DNA of 64,000 nucleotides from Candidatus Aminicenantes bacterium. GTDB lineage: Archaea; Nanobdellota; Nanobdellia; Woesearchaeales; JAFCCF01. The stretch is taken from the NCBI GenBank assembly GCA_017610325.1, contig JAFCCF010000001.1:12950-76949 (forward strand), given 5' to 3'. The notes beneath the pieces were generated by a model. That model ran no database searches, was not told the origin of the DNA, and saw nothing but the letters and a program-made list of their open reading frames with translations. The position numbers and the translations under genes are program-made. This document shows positions 38,554-47,603 of the stretch, in pieces; position 1 is the stretch's first letter; every line of letters starts with the position of its first letter.

Positions 38554-39981
38554 TCAAATAACCATCTGCCTAATGGCCCTGAGCGTGTCGTAAGGCCTCT
38601 TCATGTATATATGCTGGATCTTGTCCTTGAATGACAGCTGGGAGAACATGTACCTTGTAACCTGCCTCTTTTTTCTGGTAACATATCTCCTTGCGAACCT
38701 TTCTTGCCTTTTGTTAAGCTTCCACAAACTCACCTTTGCGTACTGCTGCATAACATTCTTTTGTAAGTCAATGTGTTTACTGTTTAATCCATAAAGAACA
38801 CCCTTTTTCACAAGCTCAGCGAACAGTTTGGTGCTAGGCATGGGCACTAGGTTATTTATGTTTACTATCTTTAGCTGATTATCTTCTATCTGTTTTATGT
38901 TGTACAACACGTCCTCATAGCTCATGCCAGGATAATTAAAAATTATTGAGTATGCAGCAGGGATGCCTGCGTTTTCAATCATTTTGTTTTTTCTCTTGAA
39001 TTCTTCGATTGAGAAGGTCTTGCCAATCGCTTTCTGAATATTCTGTGAGAATGATTCAAGCCCCATCCCAACAAATACACAATTGCTTTCTTTCAACAGC
39101 TTCAGGTTCTTCTCATTTATGTATTTTAGCTTGGTCATGATACCTAAACCCAATCTCTTGTTGAGCCCTTTCTTATTGAAAAGGTCAAGAAACTCCCTTA
39201 CCTTGGGGTGCGACAAGATGAAACAAGAATCAGTGAAGTAAACGCATTTGATAAACGGGTATTTTGAAATAATTCCCTCAATCTCTTTGATAACCTTCTT
39301 TGGTGCCCTAGCCTTATATACTCCTTTGGACTGACCCTCTACACAGAAGCTGCAGCCACCTGTACAACCTAAAGAAAGAGTCATTGTTACTGTTGGAATC
39401 CTCTTGTATACAAGAGACACACTCCGAGAATGGAACTTCATATTGAAGCTGTCTCTGTCAGGCTTCTCAATCTCATCAATCCCAAAATTATAATTGGGCA
39501 CTCTTTTTGTCTTGATAATTTCACCGCTCCTTCTGAAAACAATGTTTGGTATCTTATCGAGTTTCTCTTTGTTAAGTATCTGTGATAATACTAATTCACC
39601 CTCACCAAGTATTAGGATATCAATATCTTTCAATCCTTCAAGCAACTTCCCCCCAACAGAGGTTGCGTATATCCCAAAAAGTATTATCCTGCATGAGGGT
39701 GCTTCTTCTTTTATAATTCTTGCATACTTCACAAACTGTTCCAACTCCCCAAGAAACACTTCAAATGCAGCGTAATCTGGTTTTTCCTTAATAATGAAGT
39801 TTTTAAAAACCCCCAGGCACCACCTTAAACTCATCTTTTCATACCTGAAGTGATATGTTTCATCAAACAGAATCGGTTTGTAACCAGTATATTTTTTTGT
39901 GTTGCTGATTAGTGAAGCTAATTTCATTGGAAAGAGTTTTATGTTCCCTGGATCAAGATTCACAAAAAGTGCCTTCTTCAT
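38554..39981 (-). CDS. B12-binding radical SAM protein #3
   Basis: GEGE, SLGCTGGCSFC, FTDS, GLES. The start was placed at MKKALFVN. Confidence 0.88.
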   Translation of the reverse strand: MKKALFVNLDPGNIKLFPMKLASLISNTKKYTGYKPILFDETYHFRYEKMSLRWCLGVFKNFIIKEKPDYAAFEVFLGELEQFVKYARIIKEEAPSCRIILFGIYATSVGGKLLEGLKDIDILILGEGELVLSQILNKEKLDKIPNIVFRRSGEIIKTKRVPNYNFGIDEIEKPDRDSFNMKFHSRSVSLVYKRIPTVTMTLSLGCTGGCSFCVEGQSKGVYKARAPKKVIKEIEGIISKYPFIKCVYFTDSCFILSHPKVREFLDLFNKKGLNKRLGLGIMTKLKYINEKNLKLLKESNCVFVGMGLESFSQNIQKAIGKTFSIEEFKRKNKMIENAGIPAAYSIIFNYPGMSYEDVLYNIKQIEDNQLKIVNINNLVPMPSTKLFAELVKKGVLYGLNSKHIDLQKNVMQQYAKVSLWKLNKRQERFARRYVTRKKRQVTRYMFSQLSFKDKIQHIYMKRPYDTLRAIRQMVI

Positions 39982-40049
39982 GTATTTAAGAAAAGCACAG
40001 ATAATATATATTCTTATCGGCAACCACCAGAAAACCCAATAAATTACTT

Positions 40050-41477
40050 TTAAATATTTTTTGCAAATGACTTGGCCATAAGAACAGGGTTAAACCTAGT
40101 TTTAAGATAAACATATTTTAATTTCTGTTTTGGTGTGAGTCGGAAAAACCAGTACCAGAACCTGTACTTTGTCTTCTTTTTAATGTATTTTATAGTATCT
40201 TCTTCCTGTTTTCTGGTGAGGTTCCAGAATCTTTTTTTCTGGAAATCATTGATGAAATCAGCGTGCCAGTTTATCTTCTCATAATCTAAGGAAGGCAAGA
40301 TTTTATTACTCACAAGTTCTTTGAATATTCTCGTTCCAGGGATAGGATTAAGATACACAATACCAACATTCTTTAATTTGTTTTCCTCTATTGTTTTTAT
40401 ATTATATTTTACATCTGCATAGTCCATGCCAGGGTAATTAAATATTAAAGAGTAAGCAACAAACATCCCTGACTTTTTTAAGATTATATTTTTTTTCTCA
40501 AAATCTTTTAATGAGAATATTTTACCTATGCTTTTCTGAATTTTTAGAGAAAAGGACTCAATCCCTATTGAAACAAAGGAACATCTGCTTTTTTTTAACA
40601 GTCCAACTGTTTCTTCATCTATGTAATCTACCCTTGTCTGGATTCCAAAAGTTAGCTTCTTATGAAGCCCCAGCTTATTATATGATCTTAGAAATTCTTT
40701 TACTTTTGGATGCTTTAAATGGAAACAGTTGTCTGTAAAGTATATATACCTGATATAAGGGTATTTGGTGATTATATCACATACTTCTCTGATTGCATCC
40801 TTTGGGTCTCTTACCCTGAACTCTTCGTAAACCTCTTGAGATACACAAAAAGCACAATCCCCAGTACACCCCCTGGACAAAAGCATGGTTGCTGTGGGGA
40901 GCATCATGTACTGCAACATTGGGCTGTTAGAATAAAGTTCCATATCAAACAACTTTCTGCTTGGCCAAGGGATGTTATCAATATCCAGATTGTAATTTTT
41001 AAGTTCTTTTGTCTGGACAAGCTTATTTTTTTTTCTGAATACTATATTGGGTATATTCTCTAATTTCTTGCCATTTAAAATCTCAGCAATTATCAACTCC
41101 CCTTCTTTCCGAACCAGTATGTCAATCTCTTTTATGTTTTTTATAAGGTTTTTGCCAAGCACAGTGGATTGGACGCCGCCCACAATTATTCTACACAAGG
41201 GAAATTTTGATTTAATTAATCGCGCATATTTAAGGAAATTATTTATCTCATTTTGAGATAAGGTGAATGCAACATAATCTGGTTTTTGTTTGATTATCAA
41301 ATCATCAAAACTCTTGATGCACTGCCCAGGTTTCTTTTTTTCCCGATAGATGTTTTCATCAAAAAGGATTGGTATGTAATGCGTTTTTTTCTTTATTGTG
41401 CTTATAAGATATGCTATGCCAAGTGGGAAGCGTTTGATAATTGGTGTATAGAAATTAACAAAGATAATTTTGTTCAT
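40050..41477 (-). CDS. B12-binding radical SAM protein #4 (paralog of #3)
   Basis: PLGIAYL, IVGGVQST, EGE, SRGCTGDCAFC, FTDN, GIES. Confidence 0.9.
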   Translation of the reverse strand: MNKIIFVNFYTPIIKRFPLGIAYLISTIKKKTHYIPILFDENIYREKKKPGQCIKSFDDLIIKQKPDYVAFTLSQNEINNFLKYARLIKSKFPLCRIIVGGVQSTVLGKNLIKNIKEIDILVRKEGELIIAEILNGKKLENIPNIVFRKKNKLVQTKELKNYNLDIDNIPWPSRKLFDMELYSNSPMLQYMMLPTATMLLSRGCTGDCAFCVSQEVYEEFRVRDPKDAIREVCDIITKYPYIRYIYFTDNCFHLKHPKVKEFLRSYNKLGLHKKLTFGIQTRVDYIDEETVGLLKKSRCSFVSIGIESFSLKIQKSIGKIFSLKDFEKKNIILKKSGMFVAYSLIFNYPGMDYADVKYNIKTIEENKLKNVGIVYLNPIPGTRIFKELVSNKILPSLDYEKINWHADFINDFQKKRFWNLTRKQEEDTIKYIKKKTKYRFWYWFFRLTPKQKLKYVYLKTRFNPVLMAKSFAKNI

Positions 41478-41597
41478 AAGCTTGGGAAAAGTGGGAATTA
41501 TATTTAATTTTATCTATACCAATAAGCTTTTAAATTCTGGTTATTAACCTTTATAAATGCCCTGGGCGGGGCAAAATACTTATAAGGGCGAAAAGAG

Positions 41598-42539
41598 ATG
41601 AATCAATGTTGTAAATCAAAGCCAGTGTACAGGCAGTACAATGGAGAAGATCTGTGTAAAAAGCACTTTCTTGAATATTTTGAGAGAAAAGTAAAACGAA
41701 CAATTGGTAGTCATAAGCTCCTTACAAAGAAAGAAAAGGTGCTGGTTGCATGTTCAGGTGGCAAGGACAGTACAGCTGTCCTGTATATTCTTCACAAAAC
41801 CAACAAAAATCCAAACATCAAGATTGAGGCGTTTCACATTGATGAGGGTATTGAGAAATATTCTGATAAAAATACAAAAAACATTAGGGAATTCTGCAAA
41901 ACACATAAAATTAAGCTGCATGAAACCTCGTTCAGGAAAGAGTTTGGTTATTCCTTGTGTTATATCCACACAGCACTGAAAGAAAAAGGTGTTAAGGCAA
42001 AATCATGCACTATATGCGGAACACTCAGACGTTACCTGATGAATCTTTATGCAAGAAAGACAAAGGCAACAAAGCTCGTCACTGGTCATAACCTTGATGA
42101 TGAAGCGCAATCAATAACCATGAACCTGTTCAAGAACAACACAGAGGTCATGAGGCGGCTTGGGCCATTAACTGGCATAATCAGAGATAAAAAGTTTGTT
42201 CCAAGAATCAAGCCATTATATTTCTGCACTGAAAAAGAGGTTGAACTTTATTCCAGGCTGCAGAAATTCAAGGTCTCGTATGGCAAATGCCCCTGCTCTG
42301 TTGATGCATACAGGCGGCAGGTTGGCAATATGCTGGACGAGTTTGACAAGATACATCCAGGAACAAAGCATTGTGTTGTGAATTCGCTGCTTGAACTGCT
42401 TCCAAGCATAAGAAAGGGTGTTAAGGCTAAGCTGAACTATTGCAGTAATTGCGGGGAGCCAACAAGCAGAGACAAGTGCAGTGTATGTACCATGATATCA
42501 AAAATTAAACCCAAAACATTAAATAAAAAGAAGAAATAA
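41598..42539 (+). CDS. ttuA: TtuA/Ncs6-family tRNA 2-thiolation protein
   Basis: Zn fingers at both ends, PP-loop SGGKDS, CTIC...RR, TGHNLDDEAQ, CP. Confidence 0.9.
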   Translation: MNQCCKSKPVYRQYNGEDLCKKHFLEYFERKVKRTIGSHKLLTKKEKVLVACSGGKDSTAVLYILHKTNKNPNIKIEAFHIDEGIEKYSDKNTKNIREFCKTHKIKLHETSFRKEFGYSLCYIHTALKEKGVKAKSCTICGTLRRYLMNLYARKTKATKLVTGHNLDDEAQSITMNLFKNNTEVMRRLGPLTGIIRDKKFVPRIKPLYFCTEKEVELYSRLQKFKVSYGKCPCSVDAYRRQVGNMLDEFDKIHPGTKHCVVNSLLELLPSIRKGVKAKLNYCSNCGEPTSRDKCSVCTMISKIKPKTLNKKKK

Positions 42540-42548
42540 TACAATACA

Positions 42549-43190
42549 ATGATTGATGTTATTTTTCCAAAAAATAATGAGAATGAATTCCTCAATGTAG
42601 CTGAAAAACTTGGCATAAAAAAACTGTGCTTTGCATATCCTCTGAAGGAATTTAATAAAGTTGAGAAAAAGCCAGGTTTTTTCTATGCTGTGGTAGCAGA
42701 GCCAGATGAGTTAAGGAAAATAAAGCATGCTGACCTTGTTATTGTGAAAAATTCGCCAGGAAACAGGGCAGTATTTGAGAGCAAGAAGGCAGATATGTTG
42801 TTTGAGCTTGAGAATAATCCCGTAAATGATTTCATGCACCATCGTAACTCTGGCCTGAACCAGGTGCTGTGCGCTATAGCGCACAAGAACAAAGTGGTTG
42901 TTGCATTTAGTTTTAATTCTATCTTAAACTCAAGAGAGCCTGCCAGGGAATTGGGCAGGATGATGCAGAATGCAATGCTGTGCCGAAAATACAAGGTTGA
43001 TATGGCGGTTGTATCCTTTGCAACAACACCTTATGAAATGAGGGACTTGAATGATTTAGCAGCTTTTGCAAGGCTTATTGGGGTACAGAATGCAAAGCAC
43101 TCACTAAATGTGATACAGCAGAAAATTCTGAGCAACAGGAAAAAACAATCTCCAAACTACATCCAAGAGGGGGTTAAACTCGTTAGATGA
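42549..43190 (+). CDS. rnp3: RNase P protein component Rpp30-like
   Basis: NRAVFE, SGLNQVLC..A, N..LCRKYKV, PYEMR pattern of Rpp30. Confidence 0.75.
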   Translation: MIDVIFPKNNENEFLNVAEKLGIKKLCFAYPLKEFNKVEKKPGFFYAVVAEPDELRKIKHADLVIVKNSPGNRAVFESKKADMLFELENNPVNDFMHHRNSGLNQVLCAIAHKNKVVVAFSFNSILNSREPARELGRMMQNAMLCRKYKVDMAVVSFATTPYEMRDLNDLAAFARLIGVQNAKHSLNVIQQKILSNRKKQSPNYIQEGVKLVR

Positions 43191-43981
43191 AAGTTAGCAT
43201 AGGGGTATTTGCTCACAATGAGGGATCCACTATTGGTTTCCTGCTGCAGAGATTAAACGAACAAAAAACAGATACAGTAGACATTGCTGAAATCATTGTG
43301 GTGAGCTCTGGAAGCACTGACAGCACAAATAAGATTGTGCGCAATTTTGCGAGAAAGAACAAAAATATTAATCTGTTTACACAGCAGCAGAGACTGGGTA
43401 AGGCATCTGCAGTGAATATTTTCCTGAAGGCAGCCAAGTCAGACATCTGCCTTTTTGTAAATGCAGACGCACTACCTAAAAAAGATACAATTGAGAAACT
43501 CTGCAACAAATTCTCAGATTCCAAAATTGGCATGACCGGAGGGAGAGTCATACCCTTAACTCATAAAAATTCAATCCTGGGCTTTACCAATCATCTGCTT
43601 TGGCAGCTCCATCATGAAATCTCCTTAAAATATCCTAAGATGGGTGAAATGGTGGCTTTCAGAAAGATATTTACACAGATAGACGAAAAAACTGCAGTGG
43701 ATGAGGCATATATTGAACCGTTGATTCAGAAGCAAACACTAAGTGCTTTCATCAGGCAGAGGAGAAGGATTTATGCAGGTCATAGCTATCTCAGGAAAAC
43801 GGATAATTATTCTGTGTCAACATTCAATAATTTCATGGTTCTAAAGGTTTGGCTGAAGCATCTTGGCAAAGACCCTTGGCATAAGCTTGCAGGAGCTTTG
43901 GTTTTGGAAGGTTGTGCAAGATTCCTTGGGTATTATGATTTCCTCACAAAAAAAGACCATTCTATCTGGAAAAGGATTTAG
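43187..43981 (+). CDS. GT2 glycosyltransferase (possible internal deletion)
   Basis: AHNE, GSTDST, GKASAVN, NAD, DEAYIE, QRRR motifs. Confidence 0.85.
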   Translation: MKVSIGVFAHNEGSTIGFLLQRLNEQKTDTVDIAEIIVVSSGSTDSTNKIVRNFARKNKNINLFTQQQRLGKASAVNIFLKAAKSDICLFVNADALPKKDTIEKLCNKFSDSKIGMTGGRVIPLTHKNSILGFTNHLLWQLHHEISLKYPKMGEMVAFRKIFTQIDEKTAVDEAYIEPLIQKQTLSAFIRQRRRIYAGHSYLRKTDNYSVSTFNNFMVLKVWLKHLGKDPWHKLAGALVLEGCARFLGYYDFLTKKDHSIWKRI

Positions 43982-44018
43982 AAAACCTTTTATATTAGTA
44001 ATCTCATAATTTCAATTT

Positions 44019-47000
44019 ATGGTAGTTGTAAGTGTAAAAGAGCTAAAAAGGGGGAAAATCACCAATATCTGGAAATTAAGTGCGTTATTGTTCATTGCTA
44101 TTATAGTATTTCTTATAATGTCATCTCCTCTTTTCAGTCTTCCACCCCCATGCGACTGTGACTATGATGACGAATGTGATCTAGGCCAGGCATGCAACAT
44201 AGGTTCTAACATCTGCTCCTCCTCACCGGATTTCATAGGTTTATGTGGTGATTCAAGCCCCACCACCACCACTACCAGTGGCAGCCCCACCACCACTACC
44301 CTCGTTTGCAATAACGATGGAATCAGAGATGCGAATGAGGCATGCGATGGATATGATTTTGAAATTGCCCCAGGTGTCCAATCTAAGGATTGCAGCGCCT
44401 ATAATAGCAACTGGCACACAGGCACATTAAGGTGTAATAATTGCGTAATCAACACTAACGGGTGCTGCAAAGATACAGATTATGACGCTACCCAGGCTGT
44501 AGAACCAAGCACAAGACCATATGAGCCTGGAACAGTCACAAAGAGAGGTGTTGAATATCTAGATGAGTGCATCATAGGTACTAACAAATTAAAAGAGCAG
44601 AAGTGTAATTCTGGTGGCGGTAATGGTGTGGCTGAAAGAGATTGTCCGCTTGGATGCTACGACGATCCAGCAGGTGGTCCAGATTATTGCATAAGGTGCA
44701 TTGATAATGAAACAATGACTGTTGCCCTAGCCAACTCACCACAAATAACACCGAAAACACTTGCCCCACCAGAAGATAAATATCATAGGGGTAAAGTTTC
44801 ATATGCAACTTTTAAAGATGAAAACGGAGACCCATTTGGTGGTTGGAAGGCAAGATGGGGTGTTGAACTCGAGATTAATGAATCTTGTTTGAACTGTCAT
44901 GTTACAACAGAAGTAAGCTGTAAACCAGGTGTAAACAATCCTAACTTTGACATAACCCAGGATTTCTTTACGTATAAGGGGAGTACTACTATCGGCGATA
45001 TTACTGGAACATTGTGCAGCTCTCTTGGGTGTTCTGGCGGCGCATGCGTTGACATTAGCAACCCTCCATCTTGGGCATTGGGGTACGAAACATGTTTTGA
45101 ACATACATCAAAGCGTTGCGACCCAGCCAATCCTTTAACAAACTGGCAGCGCTGCACATGGTTTGGCGTGAATATAGAAGAAGAGCCAGGTTTAGGCAGG
45201 GAACATGGCGGAACTGGATGGCAGTGCGAGCCGTGTTGGGATTACTGCAGTGCAGGTGTTAATGCGCCCTATGGCTGTGACCAGGGAGGTAGTTTACCAG
45301 AGCCATATTATGGCTGCTGGATGAGTACACACTGTATGAAAGATGCAGGATATTATGAGAACCCAAGCGAGTATGAGTTTTATGATTGCACGCCTGTTAC
45401 TGGCCTGCTCTGGGGTGTTGAGACTGGGCCAGGCAATAGCGGAGACTGCTTCATGGATGCTCCAGTTTGCAGTGAGCATTCAAGTTCCCACCATAATGAT
45501 TCTAAGCTTGGCATATGCCATTTCTGCGACGAAAAAAGTGATGGCTGCACACAAGTATGTGGCGGGCAGTGGAACCAGCATGAATGCTGCGATAGCCATT
45601 TTTATGATGATTGGACCATGGTTAACGGCGAGAGAGTGCCCCTCCCAGATTGTGGGGTTACTGCCAATAATCAAATCTGCGATGCGCCTGATTACAGATA
45701 TCTTGATCCATATTACATGAATACAGAGGAAATGGCCCTGGCAAAGGACGAGCCTGTGCGGGGACAACGATTTCCAGGTTCAGAAGAAGGCAAGCTGTAT
45801 GAAGGTGGCCAGTGGTATGATGGTTCTGCTTCAGAGACTGTGACGCTGCTCTGCGACAATATGGATTATTTATATAATGGCTCATGGCACAAGTCAGAGG
45901 GAACTTGCACAGAGGTCAACACATCTGCTGGCAACATGTATCTTGATTATGAGAACAGCACATGGGGTGTTTGCAATCCTGGCACTTATTTCACCACACT
46001 TAACTGCTCAGCAAATACTTATATCTGTACAATATATGGCTGGGAGCTGCAAGATGCTATTAACTGCTCAAGTGACATAGATACATGCACCAGCTTGTGT
46101 TATGGGGATTGGAGCGAGGACACGTTAGAATGCTGCGAGAGTTATGTATATGATGATACAGACTGCGCAACGCCCAGCATGAGCAGGATTTGCGATGCAA
46201 AGGTGTACCCTGCAGATACCACAGACCATGTCTTGCTTTTTGAGGGCGGGTCCTGGATATCAGACGGCTATCCAAACGAGGTTGTATCTTTAACATGCGA
46301 TAATTGCTCACACCTGTATGACGGCCAGGCCTGGCACAAGTCAAATGGCAGCTGCACTGAGGTTAATACAACCTATAATGTGATGTACCTTGATTATGAT
46401 AATTGTTCATGGCAGGCTTGCACTAATTTATCTTACTGGACTAATATAACCTGTGGCAATGACCAATATTACTGCACAGACCTTGGCTGGCAAAAAAACC
46501 TTGAGCTGAGGTGCACACCAGACAAGAGCACATGTAGCTACTGTACAAGCCCAGACATGTGCCTGCTTAACCCACTTAGCACAAAAAATGAGCAGCCTAA
46601 TCCGCGCTGCATCCCTCTCGGGGAGTATTACAGCGATGATTACTGCCTAAATGGCACCTGGTCAACAAGGACAGCGCTAATAGCTACACAGCTGCTGAAT
46701 TTTGCAAGCACAAAAACAGACTATACATTATTCTGCGACACGCCCCAGTATGCAGCGAATAATTACCAGGACCTGTCATTGTATGGCGACGGTGGAAGCT
46801 GGCTGCAGGGTGTTAATAAGTTATGTACACTTGAATATAAGGAAGGCAGTAATCGCTACAGGGCATTTGGAACATCTATCAATGACCAGCAAAATTACTT
46901 CATCAACACAGACTATGGGTTTCTGCCAGTTATACTGAAATTCAGCAAGGATTACTGCGACAGCGCAGTTCATACAGATAATAAATATTACAGGTGCGGC

Positions 47001-47537
47001 ACAAACAATTCTCTATGGCTGAACAATGACACTTATTCAGTTATATACTCAAGGAAGGGCATAAATCTTGACGGAAGCCTTATCTCAAATGTTTTCATAA
47101 CATTCAGGAGTTTATTATACGACCCAATCACTTCTATAATCAATACTATTAAGGGGCTGTTTACGCCAACAATTGGTGCAAGCAAGATACACGAATTCCT
47201 GGAAGACATACATGACTTTGACCAGGTCTATTACAAGAAGGTAGGCACCAAAGAAGTGAGGGGCTTTGTCAGGCAGGAAGCTGACTGCGCAGCATCTGGC
47301 GTTTGCGGCTGGTATATCTCTGTTAATTATTTTAATTTCAATTATGATGTTTGTAACAAGATTGCGCAATGGGACCTCTATGACGGAATAAGCACTGGAA
47401 ACCCAATGGAACACGAGATACATTGCACTCAGTCTGCTAATAATTATCATGTAGTCAGTCATGTTGATGAAGGCGGCGAGTTCCAGGAAGTTGGGCAAAT
47501 CTGGACAGACCTGACCTCGAAGCTCAGGATTGAGTAG
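44019..47537 (+). CDS. Large Cys-rich secreted/surface protein with internal tandem duplication
   Basis: N-terminal hydrophobic signal or anchor, Thr-rich linker, dozens of Cys, duplicated module (EGG.W...LCDN...WHKS.G.CTEVNT...MYLDY). Confidence 0.8.
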   Translation: MVVVSVKELKRGKITNIWKLSALLFIAIIVFLIMSSPLFSLPPPCDCDYDDECDLGQACNIGSNICSSSPDFIGLCGDSSPTTTTTSGSPTTTTLVCNNDGIRDANEACDGYDFEIAPGVQSKDCSAYNSNWHTGTLRCNNCVINTNGCCKDTDYDATQAVEPSTRPYEPGTVTKRGVEYLDECIIGTNKLKEQKCNSGGGNGVAERDCPLGCYDDPAGGPDYCIRCIDNETMTVALANSPQITPKTLAPPEDKYHRGKVSYATFKDENGDPFGGWKARWGVELEINESCLNCHVTTEVSCKPGVNNPNFDITQDFFTYKGSTTIGDITGTLCSSLGCSGGACVDISNPPSWALGYETCFEHTSKRCDPANPLTNWQRCTWFGVNIEEEPGLGREHGGTGWQCEPCWDYCSAGVNAPYGCDQGGSLPEPYYGCWMSTHCMKDAGYYENPSEYEFYDCTPVTGLLWGVETGPGNSGDCFMDAPVCSEHSSSHHNDSKLGICHFCDEKSDGCTQVCGGQWNQHECCDSHFYDDWTMVNGERVPLPDCGVTANNQICDAPDYRYLDPYYMNTEEMALAKDEPVRGQRFPGSEEGKLYEGGQWYDGSASETVTLLCDNMDYLYNGSWHKSEGTCTEVNTSAGNMYLDYENSTWGVCNPGTYFTTLNCSANTYICTIYGWELQDAINCSSDIDTCTSLCYGDWSEDTLECCESYVYDDTDCATPSMSRICDAKVYPADTTDHVLLFEGGSWISDGYPNEVVSLTCDNCSHLYDGQAWHKSNGSCTEVNTTYNVMYLDYDNCSWQACTNLSYWTNITCGNDQYYCTDLGWQKNLELRCTPDKSTCSYCTSPDMCLLNPLSTKNEQPNPRCIPLGEYYSDDYCLNGTWSTRTALIATQLLNFASTKTDYTLFCDTPQYAANNYQDLSLYGDGGSWLQGVNKLCTLEYKEGSNRYRAFGTSINDQQNYFINTDYGFLPVILKFSKDYCDSAVHTDNKYYRCGTNNSLWLNNDTYSVIYSRKGINLDGSLISNVFITFRSLLYDPITSIINTIKGLFTPTIGASKIHEFLEDIHDFDQVYYKKVGTKEVRGFVRQEADCAASGVCGWYISVNYFNFNYDVCNKIAQWDLYDGISTGNPMEHEIHCTQSANNYHVVSHVDEGGEFQEVGQIWTDLTSKLRIE

Positions 47538-47603
47538 ATTTTTCTAAAAAACATTAAATTAATAAGTATCTAATCTAATTTTATTCTAAAAAAGAGGTAG
47601 AGC

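Noticed and set aside
23018..41477. tRNA-Pro as the integration site of a genomic island carrying the rSAM cluster
   Set aside because: The cluster lies on the 5' side of the tRNA, and I saw no integrase, transposase or duplicated tRNA 3' end.
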